Assembly: GCA_964016885.1 (NCBI GenBank)
Contig: OZ024764.1
Span: 4,278,001-4,342,000 of the forward strand
Origin: Eledone cirrhosa
Lineage: Eukaryota
Reading direction: 5' to 3'
DNA: 64,000 nucleotides
Made by a program: the position numbers and the translations under genes
The notes under the pieces: model-generated
Databases searched by the model: none
The model's input: the letters and a program-made list of their open reading frames with translations, nothing else
What the model was told of the DNA's origin: nothing
Shown: piece after piece, positions 39,110 through 50,984 of the stretch
How the letters are laid out: the number at the start of each line of letters is the position of its first letter
Numbering within the stretch: the first letter of the stretch is position 1

Positions 39110-42100
39110 AATGGGCTGATTTTCAGATCAAACAAAGGAAACAATGTTTCCATTAGTCCTTTCAATTATTCATACTATCTGTTGGTCACAGTCTCTGACA
39201 AGAAAAGAGCTGATTGTTTGATCAGACCAAGGAAAAAATGTTTCAATTGGTCTTTCCATTACTGATACTATCTGTCAGTCACAACTCCTGACAGAAGAAA
39301 GGAGCTGATCATCAGATCAAACCAAGGAAACAATGTTTCCATTGGTCTTTCCATTACTGATACTATCTGTCAGTCACAACTCCTGACAGAAGAAAGGAGC
39401 TGATCATCAGATCAAACCAAGGAAACAATGTTTCCATTGGTCTTTCCATTACTGATACTATCTGTTGGTCACAACTCCTGGCAGAAGAAAGGAGCTGATC
39501 ATCAGATCAAACCAAGGAAACAATGTTTCCATTGGTCTTTCCATTACTGATACTATCTGTTGGTCACAACTCCTGGCAGAAGAAAGGAGCTGATCATCAG
39601 ATCAAACCAAGGAAACAATGTTTCCATTGGTCTTTCCATTACTGAAACTATCTGTCAGTCACAATTCCTGGCAGAAGAAAGGAGCTGATCATCAGATCAG
39701 ACTAAGGTAACAATGTCTCCATTGGTATTTCCATTACTGATACTATCTGTCAGTCACAACTCCTGGCAGAAGAAAGGAGCTGATCATCAGATCAGACCAA
39801 GGAAACAATATCTCCATTGGTCTTTCCATTACTGATACTATCTGTCTGTCACAACTCCTGACAGAAGAAAGGAGCTGATCATCAGATCAGACCAAGGAAA
39901 CAATATCTCCATTGGTCTTTCCATTACTGATACTATCTGTCTGTCACAACTCCTGACAGAAGAAAGGAGCTGATCATCAGATCAGACCAAGGAAACAATA
40001 TCTCCATTGGTCTTTCCATTACTGATACTATCTGTCTTTCAATTACTGATACTATCTGTTGGTCACAATTCCTGACAGAAGAAAGGAGCTGATCATCAGA
40101 TCAAACCAAGGAAACAATGTTTCCATTGGTCTTTCCATTACTGATACTATCTGTCAGTCACAACTCCTGGCAGAAGAAAGGAGCTGATCATCAGATCAAA
40201 CCAAGGAAACAATGTTTCCATTGGTCTTTCCATTACTGATACTATCTGTCAGTCACAACTCCTGACAGAAGAAAGGAGCTGATCATCAGATCAAACCAAG
40301 GAAACAATGTTTCCATTGGTCTTTCCATTACTGATACTATCTGTCAGTCACAACTCCTGACAGAAGAAAGGAGCTGATCATCAGATCAAACCAAGGAAAC
40401 AATGTTTCCATTGGTCTTTCCATTACTGATACTATCTGTTGGTCACAACTCCTGGCAGAAGAAAGGAGCTGATCATCAGATCAAACCAAGGAAACAATGT
40501 TTCCATTGGTCTTTCCATTACTGATACTATCTGTTGGTCACAACTCCTGGCAGAAGAAAGGAGCTGATCATCAGATCAAACCAAGGAAACAATGTTTCCA
40601 TTGGTCTTTCCATTACTGAAACTATCTGTCAGTCACAATTCCTGGCAGAAGAAAGGAGCTGATCATCAGATCAGACTAAGGTAACAATGTCTCCATTGGT
40701 ATTTCCATTACTGATACTATCTGTCAGTCACAACTCCTGGCAGAAGAAAGGAGCTGATCATCAGATCAGACCAAGGAAACAATGTATACATTGGTCTTTC
40801 CATTACTGATACTATCTGTCAGTCACAACTCCTGACAGAAGAAAGGAGCTGATCATCAGATCAGACCAAGGAAACAATATCTCCATTGGTCTTTCCATTA
40901 CTGATACTATCTGTCTGTCACAACTCCTGACAGAAGAAAGGAGCTGATCATCAGATCAGACCAAGGAAACAATATCTCCATTGGTCTTTCCATTACTGAT
41001 ACTATCTGTCTGTCACAACTCCTGACAGAAGAAAGGAGCTGATCATCAGATCAGACCAAGGAAACAATATCTCCATTGGTCTTTCCATTACTGATACTAT
41101 CTGTCTTTCAATTACTGATACTATCTGTTGGTCACAATTCCTGACAGAAGAAAGGAGCTGATCATCAGATCAAACCAAGGAAACAATGTTTCCATTGGTC
41201 TTTCCATTACTGATACTATCTGTCAGTCACAACTCCTGGCAGAAGAAAGGAGCTGATCATCAGATCAAACCAAGGAAACAATGTTTCCATTGGTCTTTCC
41301 ATTACTGATACTATCTGTCACTCACAACTCCTGGCAGAAGAAAGGAGCTGATCATCAGATCAGACCAAGGAAACAATATCTCCATTGGTCTTTCCATTAC
41401 TGATACTATCTGTCAGTCACAACTCCTGGCAGAAGAAAGGAGCTGATCATCAGATCAAACCAAGGAAACAATGTTTCCATTGGTCTTTCCATTACTGATA
41501 CTATCTGTCAGTCACAACTCCTGGCAGAAGAAAGGAGCTGATCATCAGATCAGACCAAGGAAACAATATCTCCATTGGTCTTTCCATTACTGATACTATC
41601 TGTCAGTCACAACTCCTGGCAGAAGAAAGGAGCTGATCATCAGATCAGACCAAGGAAACAATATCTCCATTGGTATTTCCATTACTGATACTATCTGTCA
41701 GTCACAACTCCTGGCAGAAGAAAGGAGCTGATCATCAGATCAGACCAAGGAAACAATATCTCCATTGGTCTTTCCATTACTGATACTATCTGTCAGTCAC
41801 AACTCCTGGCAGAAGAAAGGAGCTGATCATCAGATCAGACCAAGGAAACAATGTTTCCATTGGTCTTTCCATTACTGATACTATCTGTCAGTCACAACTC
41901 CTGGCAGAAGAAAGGAGCTGATCATCAGATCAGACCAAGGAAACAATGTTTCTATTGGTCTTTCCATTACTGATACTATCTGTCAGTCACAACTCCTGAC
42001 AGAAGAAAGGAGCTGATCATCAGATCAGACCAAGAAAACAATGTCTCCATTGGTCTTTCCATTACTGATACTATCTGTCAGTCACAACTCCTGGCAGAAG

Positions 42101-42318
42101 AAAGGAGCTGATCATCAGATCAGACCAAGGAAACAATGTCTCCATTGGTCTTTCCATTACTGATACTATTGTCAGTCACAACTCCTGACAGAAGAAAGGA
42201 GCTGATCATCAGATCAGACCAAGGAAACAATGTCTCCATTGGTCTTTCCATTACTGATACTATCTGTCAGTCACAACTCCTGGCAGAAGAAAGGAGCTGA
42301 TCATCAGATCAGACCAAG
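39110..42318. repeat. 95-bp tandem satellite (~33 units) with internal hairpins and a ~1-kb higher-order duplication
   Basis: Unit ACCAAGGAAACAATGTTTCCATTGGTCTTTCC...GGAGCTGATCATCAGATCAA; rare variants recur at 39641/40615 and 40032/41101. Confidence 0.95.
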
Positions 42319-42319
42319 T

Positions 42320-43057
42320 GGATTAGGAGGTGCCTACTGACTGTATGTTTGAGTCTGTGTTCAAGGGAAGTGGGGTCTTTTGTATTACTGCAGAACGCTA
42401 AAGATCTCGATCCTGTCTCATTGTGTTAGAGAGGTACAAGTGTGCAAGGTCAGCTTTTATCACCTTGTCCTAGGACTGTTCTGGGTCTTCCTACTTCGTA
42501 GCTTCCATCAATTTTGATTGCCCTGCACTCTTTTATACAGCTGCTGTTTTTCATACACAGTACATGACCATACCAATGCAATCTCCTCTCAAGTAAACAG
42601 CATCTGTTCCCTCTTATTCCTAATTTCTCAATTTGTTTATGTTTTGCTGTTCACGTATATTACTATTACACATCCATCGGAGCATGCATGCTTCATTTCT
42701 TTCCAATCTGTGCAGGTCCTCTGCACGTAATGCCCATGTCTCACTGCCATGTAGCATTGCTGTTCGTATACAGGCATCATACAATCTGCCTTTCATATTT
42801 AGAGAGAACCCTTTAGCGGCTAATAGTGGTATAAGCTCTCTGAACTTTTTCCATCCCGTTCTAACTCTGGCTACTGTACTTTCTGAGCATCCTCCATTGC
42901 TGATTTTGTGCCCCAATTAACGGACAGTTTCCATTATTTCTATAGATCCATCTGGGCAGTAGAAGGAGCTAGTATCCTGTGGGCACTTGCTACTTATTGC
43001 ACCTGAGCATCAGCCACATATAAAACCTATGTTCTTTGATAACCTGCCTGTGATCCC
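42320..43057 (-). mobile_element. Degenerate RTE LINE C-terminal fragment
   Basis: [21 protein letters not shown]...LHGSETW. Confidence 0.88.
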
Positions 43058-43424
43058 TTACATCCAATGGATGTGCAATGTCAATGTACGTGAATGACCA
43101 AGCTTGGATGAGTTGAGTGAGAAACTGTGTATAAGAGGGATAAGCTGTAGTGTGCGGGAGAGAAGACTGAGATGGTATGGACATGTGATGTGCATGGAGG
43201 ATGACCACTGGGTAAAGAAGTGCCAAGAAATCCCAGTAGAAGGAAGACACAGTAGAGGAAGACCACGAAAAACATGGGCGGAGGTGGTGAGAACAGACCT
43301 CAGATCATTGAAGCTCACGGTGGAGATGACGAGGGACTGTGCCGAGTGGAGAGATGCTGTGCTGAATAGGACCCGTCCCACCCTTGCACGCAGGGAAAAG
43401 CAGACGTAAAATGATGATGATGAT
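43058..43424 (+). mobile_element. 5'-truncated RTE LINE (short-3'UTR subfamily; likely SINE partner)
   Basis: [13 protein letters not shown]...GRPRKTW...RTRPTLARREKQT*, then (GAT)n. Confidence 0.9.
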
Positions 43425-43646
43425 ATATATGTAAAAAATGAAAGTCTAATGACTGCCATTACACTTTATCTACACAACAACAATAATAATCTACCTTCAA
43501 CCACAAAAGATTTAATAGATTATGTCCCTTTATTGAAATTTCGTACAAATTAGAAAAATATAATTTTCACTAATAACACATATTTATGTGTGTGTTTGTA
43601 TGAGTATATTTATATATATATATGTATGTATATATGTGTGTAGTAT

Positions 43647-43746
<100 letters not shown>

Positions 43747-43836
43747 TATATATATATATATATATATAATATTTATATATATATATATATATATAATATT
43801 TATATATATATATAATATTTATATATATATATATAA

Positions 43837-43918
<82 letters not shown>

Positions 43919-44300
43919 TATATATATAATATTTATATATATATAATATTTATATATATATATTATATATATATATATATATATTATATATATTATATAT
44001 ATATATATAATATTTATATATATCTATTATATATATATATATATATATTATATATATTATATATATATATATAATATTTATATATATCTATTATATATAT
44101 ATATATATATATTATATATATTATATATATATATATAATATTTATATATATCTATTATATATATATATATATATATTATATATATTATATATATATATAT
44201 AATATTTATATATATCTATTATATATATATATATATATATTATATATATTATATATATATATATAATATTTATATATATCTATTATATATATATATTATG

Positions 44301-44492
44301 AGGGCGATGGATTGGCAGTATCGGTAGAGGGTCGGACGCCATGCTTTGACGCATAGAGTTACGGTCTTTGCCATTCTGAGTTCAAATCCCGCCGAGGTTA
44401 ACTTTGCCTTTCATCCTTACGGGGTCGATAAAATAAAGTACCAGTAATGTACTGGGTAATTGCTGGCCTTGTGCCAAAAAGTAGAAACAATT
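44301..44492 (+). mobile_element. Meta-domain-type SINE
   Basis: tRNA-like head (TGGCAGTATCGG; GAGTTCAAATCC); GCCTTTCATCCTTACGGGGTCGATAAA core; tail GGCCTTGTGCCAAAAAGTAGAAAC. Confidence 0.85.
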
Positions 44493-44901
44493 ATATATAT
44501 ATATTATATATATATATATATTATATATATTATATATATATATATATAATATTTATATATATCTATTATATATATATATATATATAATATTTATATATAT
44601 CTATTATATATATTATATATATATATATAATATTTATATATATATATATAATATTTATATATATATATTATATATATATAATATATATATTATATATATA
44701 TAATATATATATATGTATGTATGTATGTATGAATACATATATATGTGTGTGCAAAGATCAATGACGCATGTAAATAATATATATATATATATATATATAT
44801 ATGTCAGTGAACAGAAAAGTCTTGAGTTGAATCGGTAGATCATCCAGTGACCCGAACAACTGGATGTTGGGATATCTGGAGTGGATCTCCGGATGGCCGT
44901 A

Positions 44902-45042
44902 TCAGCGATGTTTCTTCCGTTCTAGTTTGGCAACGGTCTGGAGGTGGACCTCATCTGGCCCATCGGCCAGTCGCAGTATCCTGGCCCAGGAGTACATGGA
45001 AGCTAGTGGGAGATCCGAGTGTAGTCCTGCCCCGCCATGGAT
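44902..45042 (-). CDS. ACAD10: ACAD10-like acyl-CoA dehydrogenase, final coding exon
   Basis: tattacAG|[46 protein letters not shown]; ADGPDEVH is the ACAD10/11 signature. Confidence 0.93.
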   Translation of the reverse strand: MHGGAGLHSDLPLASMYSWARILRLADGPDEVHLQTVAKLERKKHR

Positions 45043-45106
45043 CTGTAATAGATAGATAGGTAGATATATAGGTAGGTAGGTAGGTAGGTAGGTTGGTAGA
45101 TAGATA

Positions 45107-45377
45107 GATTTCTTTATTAGCCACAAGGGCGCAACAAGAAAAGGGGACAATACAAAGACATGCCGGGGATTTTACAACAATCGAAATCCCCAATAGGTTG
45201 GTAGATAGATATATTTCTTTATTAGCCACAGGGGCACAAAAGAAGGGGACAAATACAAAGGGGGAAGTTTACATACAATAAAAACGTGTAAAATGGTTGG
45301 TAGATAGATAGGTAGATATATAGGTAGGTAGGTAGGTAGATAGATAGATATGTTTCTTTTTATTTGCCACCAGGGCA
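45107..45377 (-). mobile_element. Three stacked 5'-truncated Tx1 3' ends (~45107-45193, ~45212-45294, ~45351-45377) in a GATA/GGTA microsatellite
   Basis: Each begins (plus strand) TTTCTTT(TT)ATT(A/T)GCCAC-NN-GGGC, like 29805-29826; TSD (TA)GGTTGGTAGATAGATA at 45089-45106, 45194-45211 and 45295-45310. Confidence 0.85.
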
Positions 45378-45648
45378 TATACATTATATACTTTATATAC
45401 TTTATATACTTTATATACATTATATACTTTATATACATTATATACTTTATATACATTATATAGATTATATACTTTATATACATTATATACATTATATACT
45501 TTATATACTTTATATACATTATATACTTTATATACATTATATACTTTATATACATTATATACATTATATACTTTATATACTTTATATACATTATATACAT
45601 TATATACATTATATACTTTATATACTTTATATACTTTATATACATTAT
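45378..45648. repeat. 9-bp minisatellite TATAC(A/T)TTA
   Basis: Direct reading. Confidence 0.92.
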
Positions 45649-45905
45649 AAAACTCGTTTTTAAAAGAATTGTCCCTCACATTTTTTCAATAATGTCACTT
45701 TGACGAATCAAAGAAGAAAAAAAGTAAAACAGACCCTAAAATATATTTTCTCTGCTATTTCTAATTCCACCTTTTCTCTATAACCCCTGTTTTGTATAGA
45801 ACCTTACTTCCTTTTCAAATATATATATATATATATATACACACACTCACTAATATATATATATATATATATATACACTCACTTATATATATATATATAT
45901 ATATA

Positions 45906-46075
45906 AAGGAACGAGTAGGACCCCGACGGCTGACCTCAAGCCGTTTCGACGGCTAATTCAGGAGTCCTGAATTAGCCGTCGGGGTCCTACTTGTTCCTAT
46001 GACCCACTCTACTACCCTAAGTATTGAGTACTTTGGTGCGTTATGGTCCACCTGGTTCCTTACCACATTTCTTTT
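45906..46075. mobile_element. PLE-like remnant with nested palindrome; reverse-complement relative at ~57155-57248
   Basis: GGAACGAGTAGGACCCCGACGGCT ... AGCCGTCGGGGTCCTACTTGTTCC; half hammerhead GAAACGGCTTGAGGTC on the minus strand. Confidence 0.5.
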
Positions 46076-46076
46076 G

Positions 46077-46110
<34 letters not shown>

Positions 46111-46405
46111 AGATAAATCTACCAAGAGTTTACGGTAGTGTCCAATCCGTATGAAGAACTCAATGTAATCCGGATATCATGGAAAGAAGAGATGCATTCA
46201 AAAATCACTTTCGGTGAAAGATAAACGGAATACAGAGTCAAGATAAAGTATTAAAAAAATAATGAATAAAACAATGAAACAGTTCCCCATACCAAACAAA
46301 AAAAGTTCATTATTTAACGATCGCTTCCAGGACACATATGTGTTAGAACCGACATGCATATTCAACAGATCTATGTACAAAATTATACAAACTATCAAAT
46401 CTAAT

Positions 46406-46458
<53 letters not shown>

Positions 46459-46599
46459 TATTTATTTATATATATATATATATATATTTATATATAGTTA
46501 TATATATATAGGTAACTGCATGTTGGGAGAAAGGTTGTAATGGAGGTGTTTGTGTGTGTCTGTATATATATATATATATATACACACACTCACTAATAT

Positions 46600-47036
46600 A
46601 TCATCATCATCATCGTTTAACGTCCATATTCCACGCTCGCATGGGTTTGGACGGGTCTTTTGCCACTTGAGGCAAGAGTGGTTGTCTGGCGGGTTTTCTA
46701 CAGCTGGATGCCCTTCCTAACACCAACCACATTTACAGTGTGGGGCTGGGCGGTTTTTACCGTGTTACCTACATGGCCACATTACAGCGTGGACTGTGTT
46801 TTTTTTTGTTGTGACCCCTACACGATCTCATTTGTTTTGGGCTGGATGTTGTGGCACCAACATAACTTTACATTGAAAAGGGTAGTGTGGATGGGGTGGG
46901 GATAGTGGGACGGGGGTGTATTTTGTTAGAGGTGCCTACTGACTGTAGTAGGTTTTATTTTGTATTTAGGTAAGGCTGGTCTTCTCTATTACTGAGTACC
47001 GCCAAAGGTCTCGGTCCAGTGACATTGTCTTGGAAA
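46600..47036 (-). mobile_element. RTE LINE 3' end
   Basis: (GAT)n tail and 3' UTR homologous to the 22118 copy. Confidence 0.85.
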
Positions 47037-47058
47037 GGTATATATATATATACACTCA

Positions 47059-47097
<39 letters not shown>

Positions 47098-47185
47098 TCA
47101 CATATATATATATACAGACACACACAAACAGCTCCATTACAACCTTTCTCCCAACATGCAGTTACCTACTACCCACACAACTCAC

Positions 47186-47263
47186 CTGTATTGCTCTGTC
47201 AATCACCTTGGCTGCCATATTGGGAGCAATCACCTTTATCATCGCTATTTCACCTGCAGCAGC
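47186..47263 (-). CDS. ACAD10: ACAD10-like exon (78 nt)
   Basis: tgtacAG|AAAGEIAMIKVIAPNMAAKVIDRAIQ|GTgag; phase 0/0. Confidence 0.93.
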
Positions 47264-47605
47264 CTGTACAATAGAAAATATATGTATGTATGGTTCCGTA
47301 AACTCTTAACATGTTAACATACTCTTGGGTATTTAAGCCTGGTGGACCCCTTCCCTCTCCAGGGCTGAGTCCAGCAGATTTCTTCCAGAGAAAGATAGAA
47401 AGTGAGGGAAAGGGATACAGGGGAAGAATCAACCCCAGTACTTGACTGGTACTATATATATATATTTGGTGAATTAGTCACAGGGTTATTTACTTTGGTA
47501 AACGCCACTGCAGGCCAACCACTAATTAAATTCGATACAGATATAATAAGGTTAAGAAACTTACTCGTGAGTGAACTGACCGAGAGCCGGTCGCCAAATA
47601 ATCAG

Positions 47606-47953
47606 CATCATCATCATCATCACCATTTCATTTTACGTCCGCTTTTCCCTGCTTGCAAGGGTGGGACGGGAATTGATGCTGGCTTGATTTCTACAGCTGG
47701 ATGCCCTTCCTAACACCAACCTCATTTACAGTGAGTGCTGGGTGATTTTTTGCCGTGGCACCTCCACGGCCACTTTACAGTGGAATGATAGGGACCCCAG
47801 TCCCTATCATCTCATTTCTACAGCTGAGTAAACTGGAGCAATGTGAAATAAAGTGTCTTGCTCAAGGAAACAACACATCACCTGGTCTCAGAATTGAACT
47901 CACAACCTTTCGATTGCAAGCCCAATGCTCTAACCACTAAGCCTTGTGCCTCC
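47606..47953 (-). mobile_element. Full-length CORE-type SINE
   Basis: Reverse complement of the 14300 family. Confidence 0.9.
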
Positions 47954-48061
47954 ATTAAATGGTAAATTAAATGTTATTGAGACACGAGTAACATAATAAT
48001 GATGTCAACAGCAGAAGTTAGAGATGAAATGTATGTTTATTTTTGTTGTAGCACAAATAAT

Positions 48062-48247
48062 TGTTTCTACTTTTAGGCACAAGGCCAGCAATTACCCAGT
48101 GCATTACTGGTACTTTATTTTATCGACCCCGTAAGGATGAAAGGCAAAGTGAACCTCGGCGGGATTTGAACTCAGATCGTAAAGGGACGTAACTATGCTG
48201 GAAAGCATGGCGTCCGACTCTCTACCGATACTGCCAATCCACCACCC
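48062..48247 (-). mobile_element. Meta-domain-type SINE with 20-bp TSD
   Basis: Reverse complement of the 44301 family; TTTGTTGTAGCACAAATAAT at 48042-48061 and 48248-48267. Confidence 0.92.
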
Positions 48248-48655
48248 TTTGTTGTAGCACAAATAATGTTGGTTAACTTGTATGGTTGAAGTTACACATA
48301 AAAATGAGGTTACAAAAGGGAATGTGCCATTGCGCCGGAAAGTCGGCAGGTTAAGGTGCAAAATCTCACCGTCACATGTACGTGTTGCTGGTTCGAAGTC
48401 CCAGGTGCGAGAGAGAGATTTTCTTCAAATCTTCGCGGGTAATTTCTCTCTCAGGACGCGTAGGGATACATCCTCTTCTGCTGGCGCTGATTGGCTGAGC
48501 TGAGCCAAATCACGCACAGAGAATGCATGTGAGCCCACGGAATGTAGGTCACTACATATATATATATATATACGTTATTCCAGGTTGAATCGGAGGTAAC
48601 CACAGTAAGTAAGGTACTCAATACATTGCAGAGTATAAAAGTTTTAATATAGATG

Positions 48656-48706
48656 AGATTCTACAGGACTAGAACTGTTTCATTCTTTAGAAATCATCAG
48701 GAATCT
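48656..48706 (-). ncRNA. Type-I hammerhead ribozyme on the ACAD10 sense strand (left arm of inverted repeat 48640-48868)
   Basis: AGATTC-CTGATGA-TTTCTAAAGAAT-GAAA-CAG(TTCTAGTC)CTG-TA-GAATCT; perfect 6-bp stem I; GUA triplet. Confidence 0.82.
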
Positions 48707-48801
48707 GGGTATCAAAAAATAAATATGGTACCCATCCCACTCCCTACCCTCTCCTACCACCTGAAGAGACCTATAAATACCATATTTATTTTTTGATACC
48801 C

Positions 48802-48852
48802 AGTTTCCTGATGATTTCTAAAGAATGAAACAGTTCTAGTCCTGTAGAATCT
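48802..48852 (+). ncRNA. Type-I hammerhead ribozyme (right arm of the inverted repeat)
   Basis: Same core; one stem I mismatch. Confidence 0.75.
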
Positions 48853-49072
48853 CATCTATATTAAAACTATATATATATACGATATTAACAAATGGAAACT
48901 ATATTTATAAAACCATATTTATTTCATTATACATATTTCAAGGACACCAAGTTAAATTATGGTGTGCATTTGTTAATATCGTATATATATATATATACGG
49001 GAGCTTCCAACAGTAATGGTTGCATTCTTTAAGGGTATGTCAATATTTATTTATAAAACTGTTCTATATTAT

Positions 49073-49135
49073 ATTTTATCTGATGAAAGCACACCATAAT
49101 TTAACTTGGTGTCCTTGAAATATGTATAATGAAAT
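49073..49135 (+). ncRNA. Minimal hammerhead motif (partial inverted copy at ~48880-48967)
   Basis: ATTTTAT-CTGATGA-AAGCACACCA...TGGTGTCCTT-GAAA-T(ATGT)A-TA-ATGAAAT. Confidence 0.72.
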
Positions 49136-49522
49136 AAATATGGTTTTATAAATATAGTTTCCATTTGTTAATATATCGTATTTTTACTCCAATTATTTGT
49201 TGAGTGCTTTATATCAGTTATAAAAATATTTGCTTGTTGTATCCCAACAATTTAAATAGAACTTTTACATATATGCATATATTTGTTTTGCAAGGTTTTT
49301 GATCTGAAATCATGTGTTGAAACAAAAATTGTTATATTTAGGGAGGGTCATATTGTTATAATATTGCCAGAAATAATAACAGAACACACTCACTGTTTGG
49401 TTTGGGTTGGTTTTCACTTCTGTATCTTTTATATCTCCATAGTTAATTTATTTGGCAATCAATGTTTATCATTGATTGACCAACGGTTAAAAATATATAT
49501 ATAAATATATATATATATATGT

Positions 49523-49599
49523 TCTCCTGAAGAGTCTGTTACTCTAGATTCATCCTAACAATAGGATATCTAAAAATACGGACGAAACCATGGAAGAGA
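49523..49599 (+). ncRNA. Hammerhead motif, probably inactive (U16.1 replaced by A)
   Basis: TCTC-CTGAAGA-GTCTGT...ACGGAC-GAAA-C(CATG)G-AA-GAGA. Confidence 0.6.
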
Positions 49600-49885
49600 T
49601 ATAATTACGGTATGTACACGTTTTTCTAAGTTTAAATTTACACCTAATTGTGTATGGTTGACGGTATATTTAGTCAGTTTCTACATGCTGTTGAAATGTT
49701 GGGTAAATACTCTATCGGGGCCACCGCGAAGAGGCCGAGGCCGCTTTCGGTTATTTGTCAGAAATTTCTTCATAGGAGCCTTTATTCTTATAGCTTGGTC
49801 TAATTGATTTTTTATATGGTTAATTATGCTAATTGGGAGAGGAAATGGTATATATTTTATCTAATAATTCTAAGGACATGATTTA

Positions 49886-49926
<41 letters not shown>

Positions 49927-50204
49927 CAAACATCTTTCGTCACACATCTATGACATTATCAGTTGTACTGTTATGTTTCCTCCCGTTGTATTATAATGCC
50001 TACGCCATTTTTAGACTATATATATATGTTTATATAAATGAAAGGTATAGAAAACAATGTAGCAAAAAGCCAACAGTATTCCATAATATATAATATATAT
50101 ATATGTTTATATATATATAAACAGGTTGTTTTTTTCTATATAAACAGGTTGTTTTTTTATATATGTTTATATATATATAAACAGGTTGTTTTTTATATAT
50201 GTTT

Positions 50205-50473
50205 ATCATCATCATCATCATCATCAGGTTTAGCGTCCGTGTTCCACGCTTGCATGGGTTTGGACGGGGGTTTTCCCACTTGAGGCAAGAGTGGTTGTCT
50301 TGCTCGTATAGGACTGTCTGGCGGGTTATCTACGGCTGGATGCCCTTCCTAACACCAACCACATTTCAGTGTGGGGCTGGGAGGTTTTTACCGTGTTACC
50401 TACACGGCCACATTACAGCGTGGACTGTCTGGCGGGTTTTCTACAGCTGGATGCCCTTCCTAACACCAACCAT
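50205..50473 (-). mobile_element. RTE 3' UTR stub
   Basis: (GAT)n tail; homologous to the 22118 copy. Confidence 0.85.
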
Positions 50474-50519
50474 ATATATATAAACAGGTTTTTTTTCTTT
50501 TCCGTACAACCTCATTTAA

Positions 50520-50562
50520 ACCGAGCTGATGATCCAAATAAGGTGAAACAATTGTTCTCGGT
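50520..50562 (+). ncRNA. Minimal type-I hammerhead ribozyme
   Basis: ACCGAG-CTGATGA-TCC(AAATAA)GGT-GAAA-C(AATT)G-TT-CTCGGT. Confidence 0.78.
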
Positions 50563-50671
50563 AATGGTGAACTAACTGTTGTGGAACTACTTCTACCAAA
50601 CTTGTACCATGGACTGAGTGCTCTGAGTAAACTGGAGCAATGTGAAATAAAGTGTCTTGCTCAAGGAAACA

Positions 50672-50715
<44 letters not shown>

Positions 50716-50920
50716 TCCGAAATATTGATATATATATGTGCAAAGTTTTATTTAAATTGTTGGGTTACAACGAGTAAATATTTATAACTGATATAAAAGC
50801 ACTCAACAAGTATTTGGAGTATATTTACGATATTAAATAAATGGAAACTATATTTATATTTTAAATGGAAGATGAAGTTGAAAGGTATGTCAAATCTATT
50901 TATAAGACTGTTTATATTGT

Positions 50921-50984
50921 ATTTTGACTGAAGAAGGCATAACATATTTTTAATATGATATCCCTGAAATATATATAGTGAAAT
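50921..50984 (+). ncRNA. Degenerate hammerhead motif (same family as 49073)
   Basis: CTGAAGA...GAAA-T(ATAT)A-TA core intact; stem I eroded. Confidence 0.5.

Noticed and set aside
39110-42318. CRISPR array (also considered for the 126, 72, 48 and 108-bp arrays)
   Set aside because: No unique spacers, no cas genes, eukaryotic context.
47465-48556. Possible solo LTR interrupted by two SINEs (minus strand begins TGTAGTGACC)
   Set aside because: The other terminus and a TSD could not be identified.
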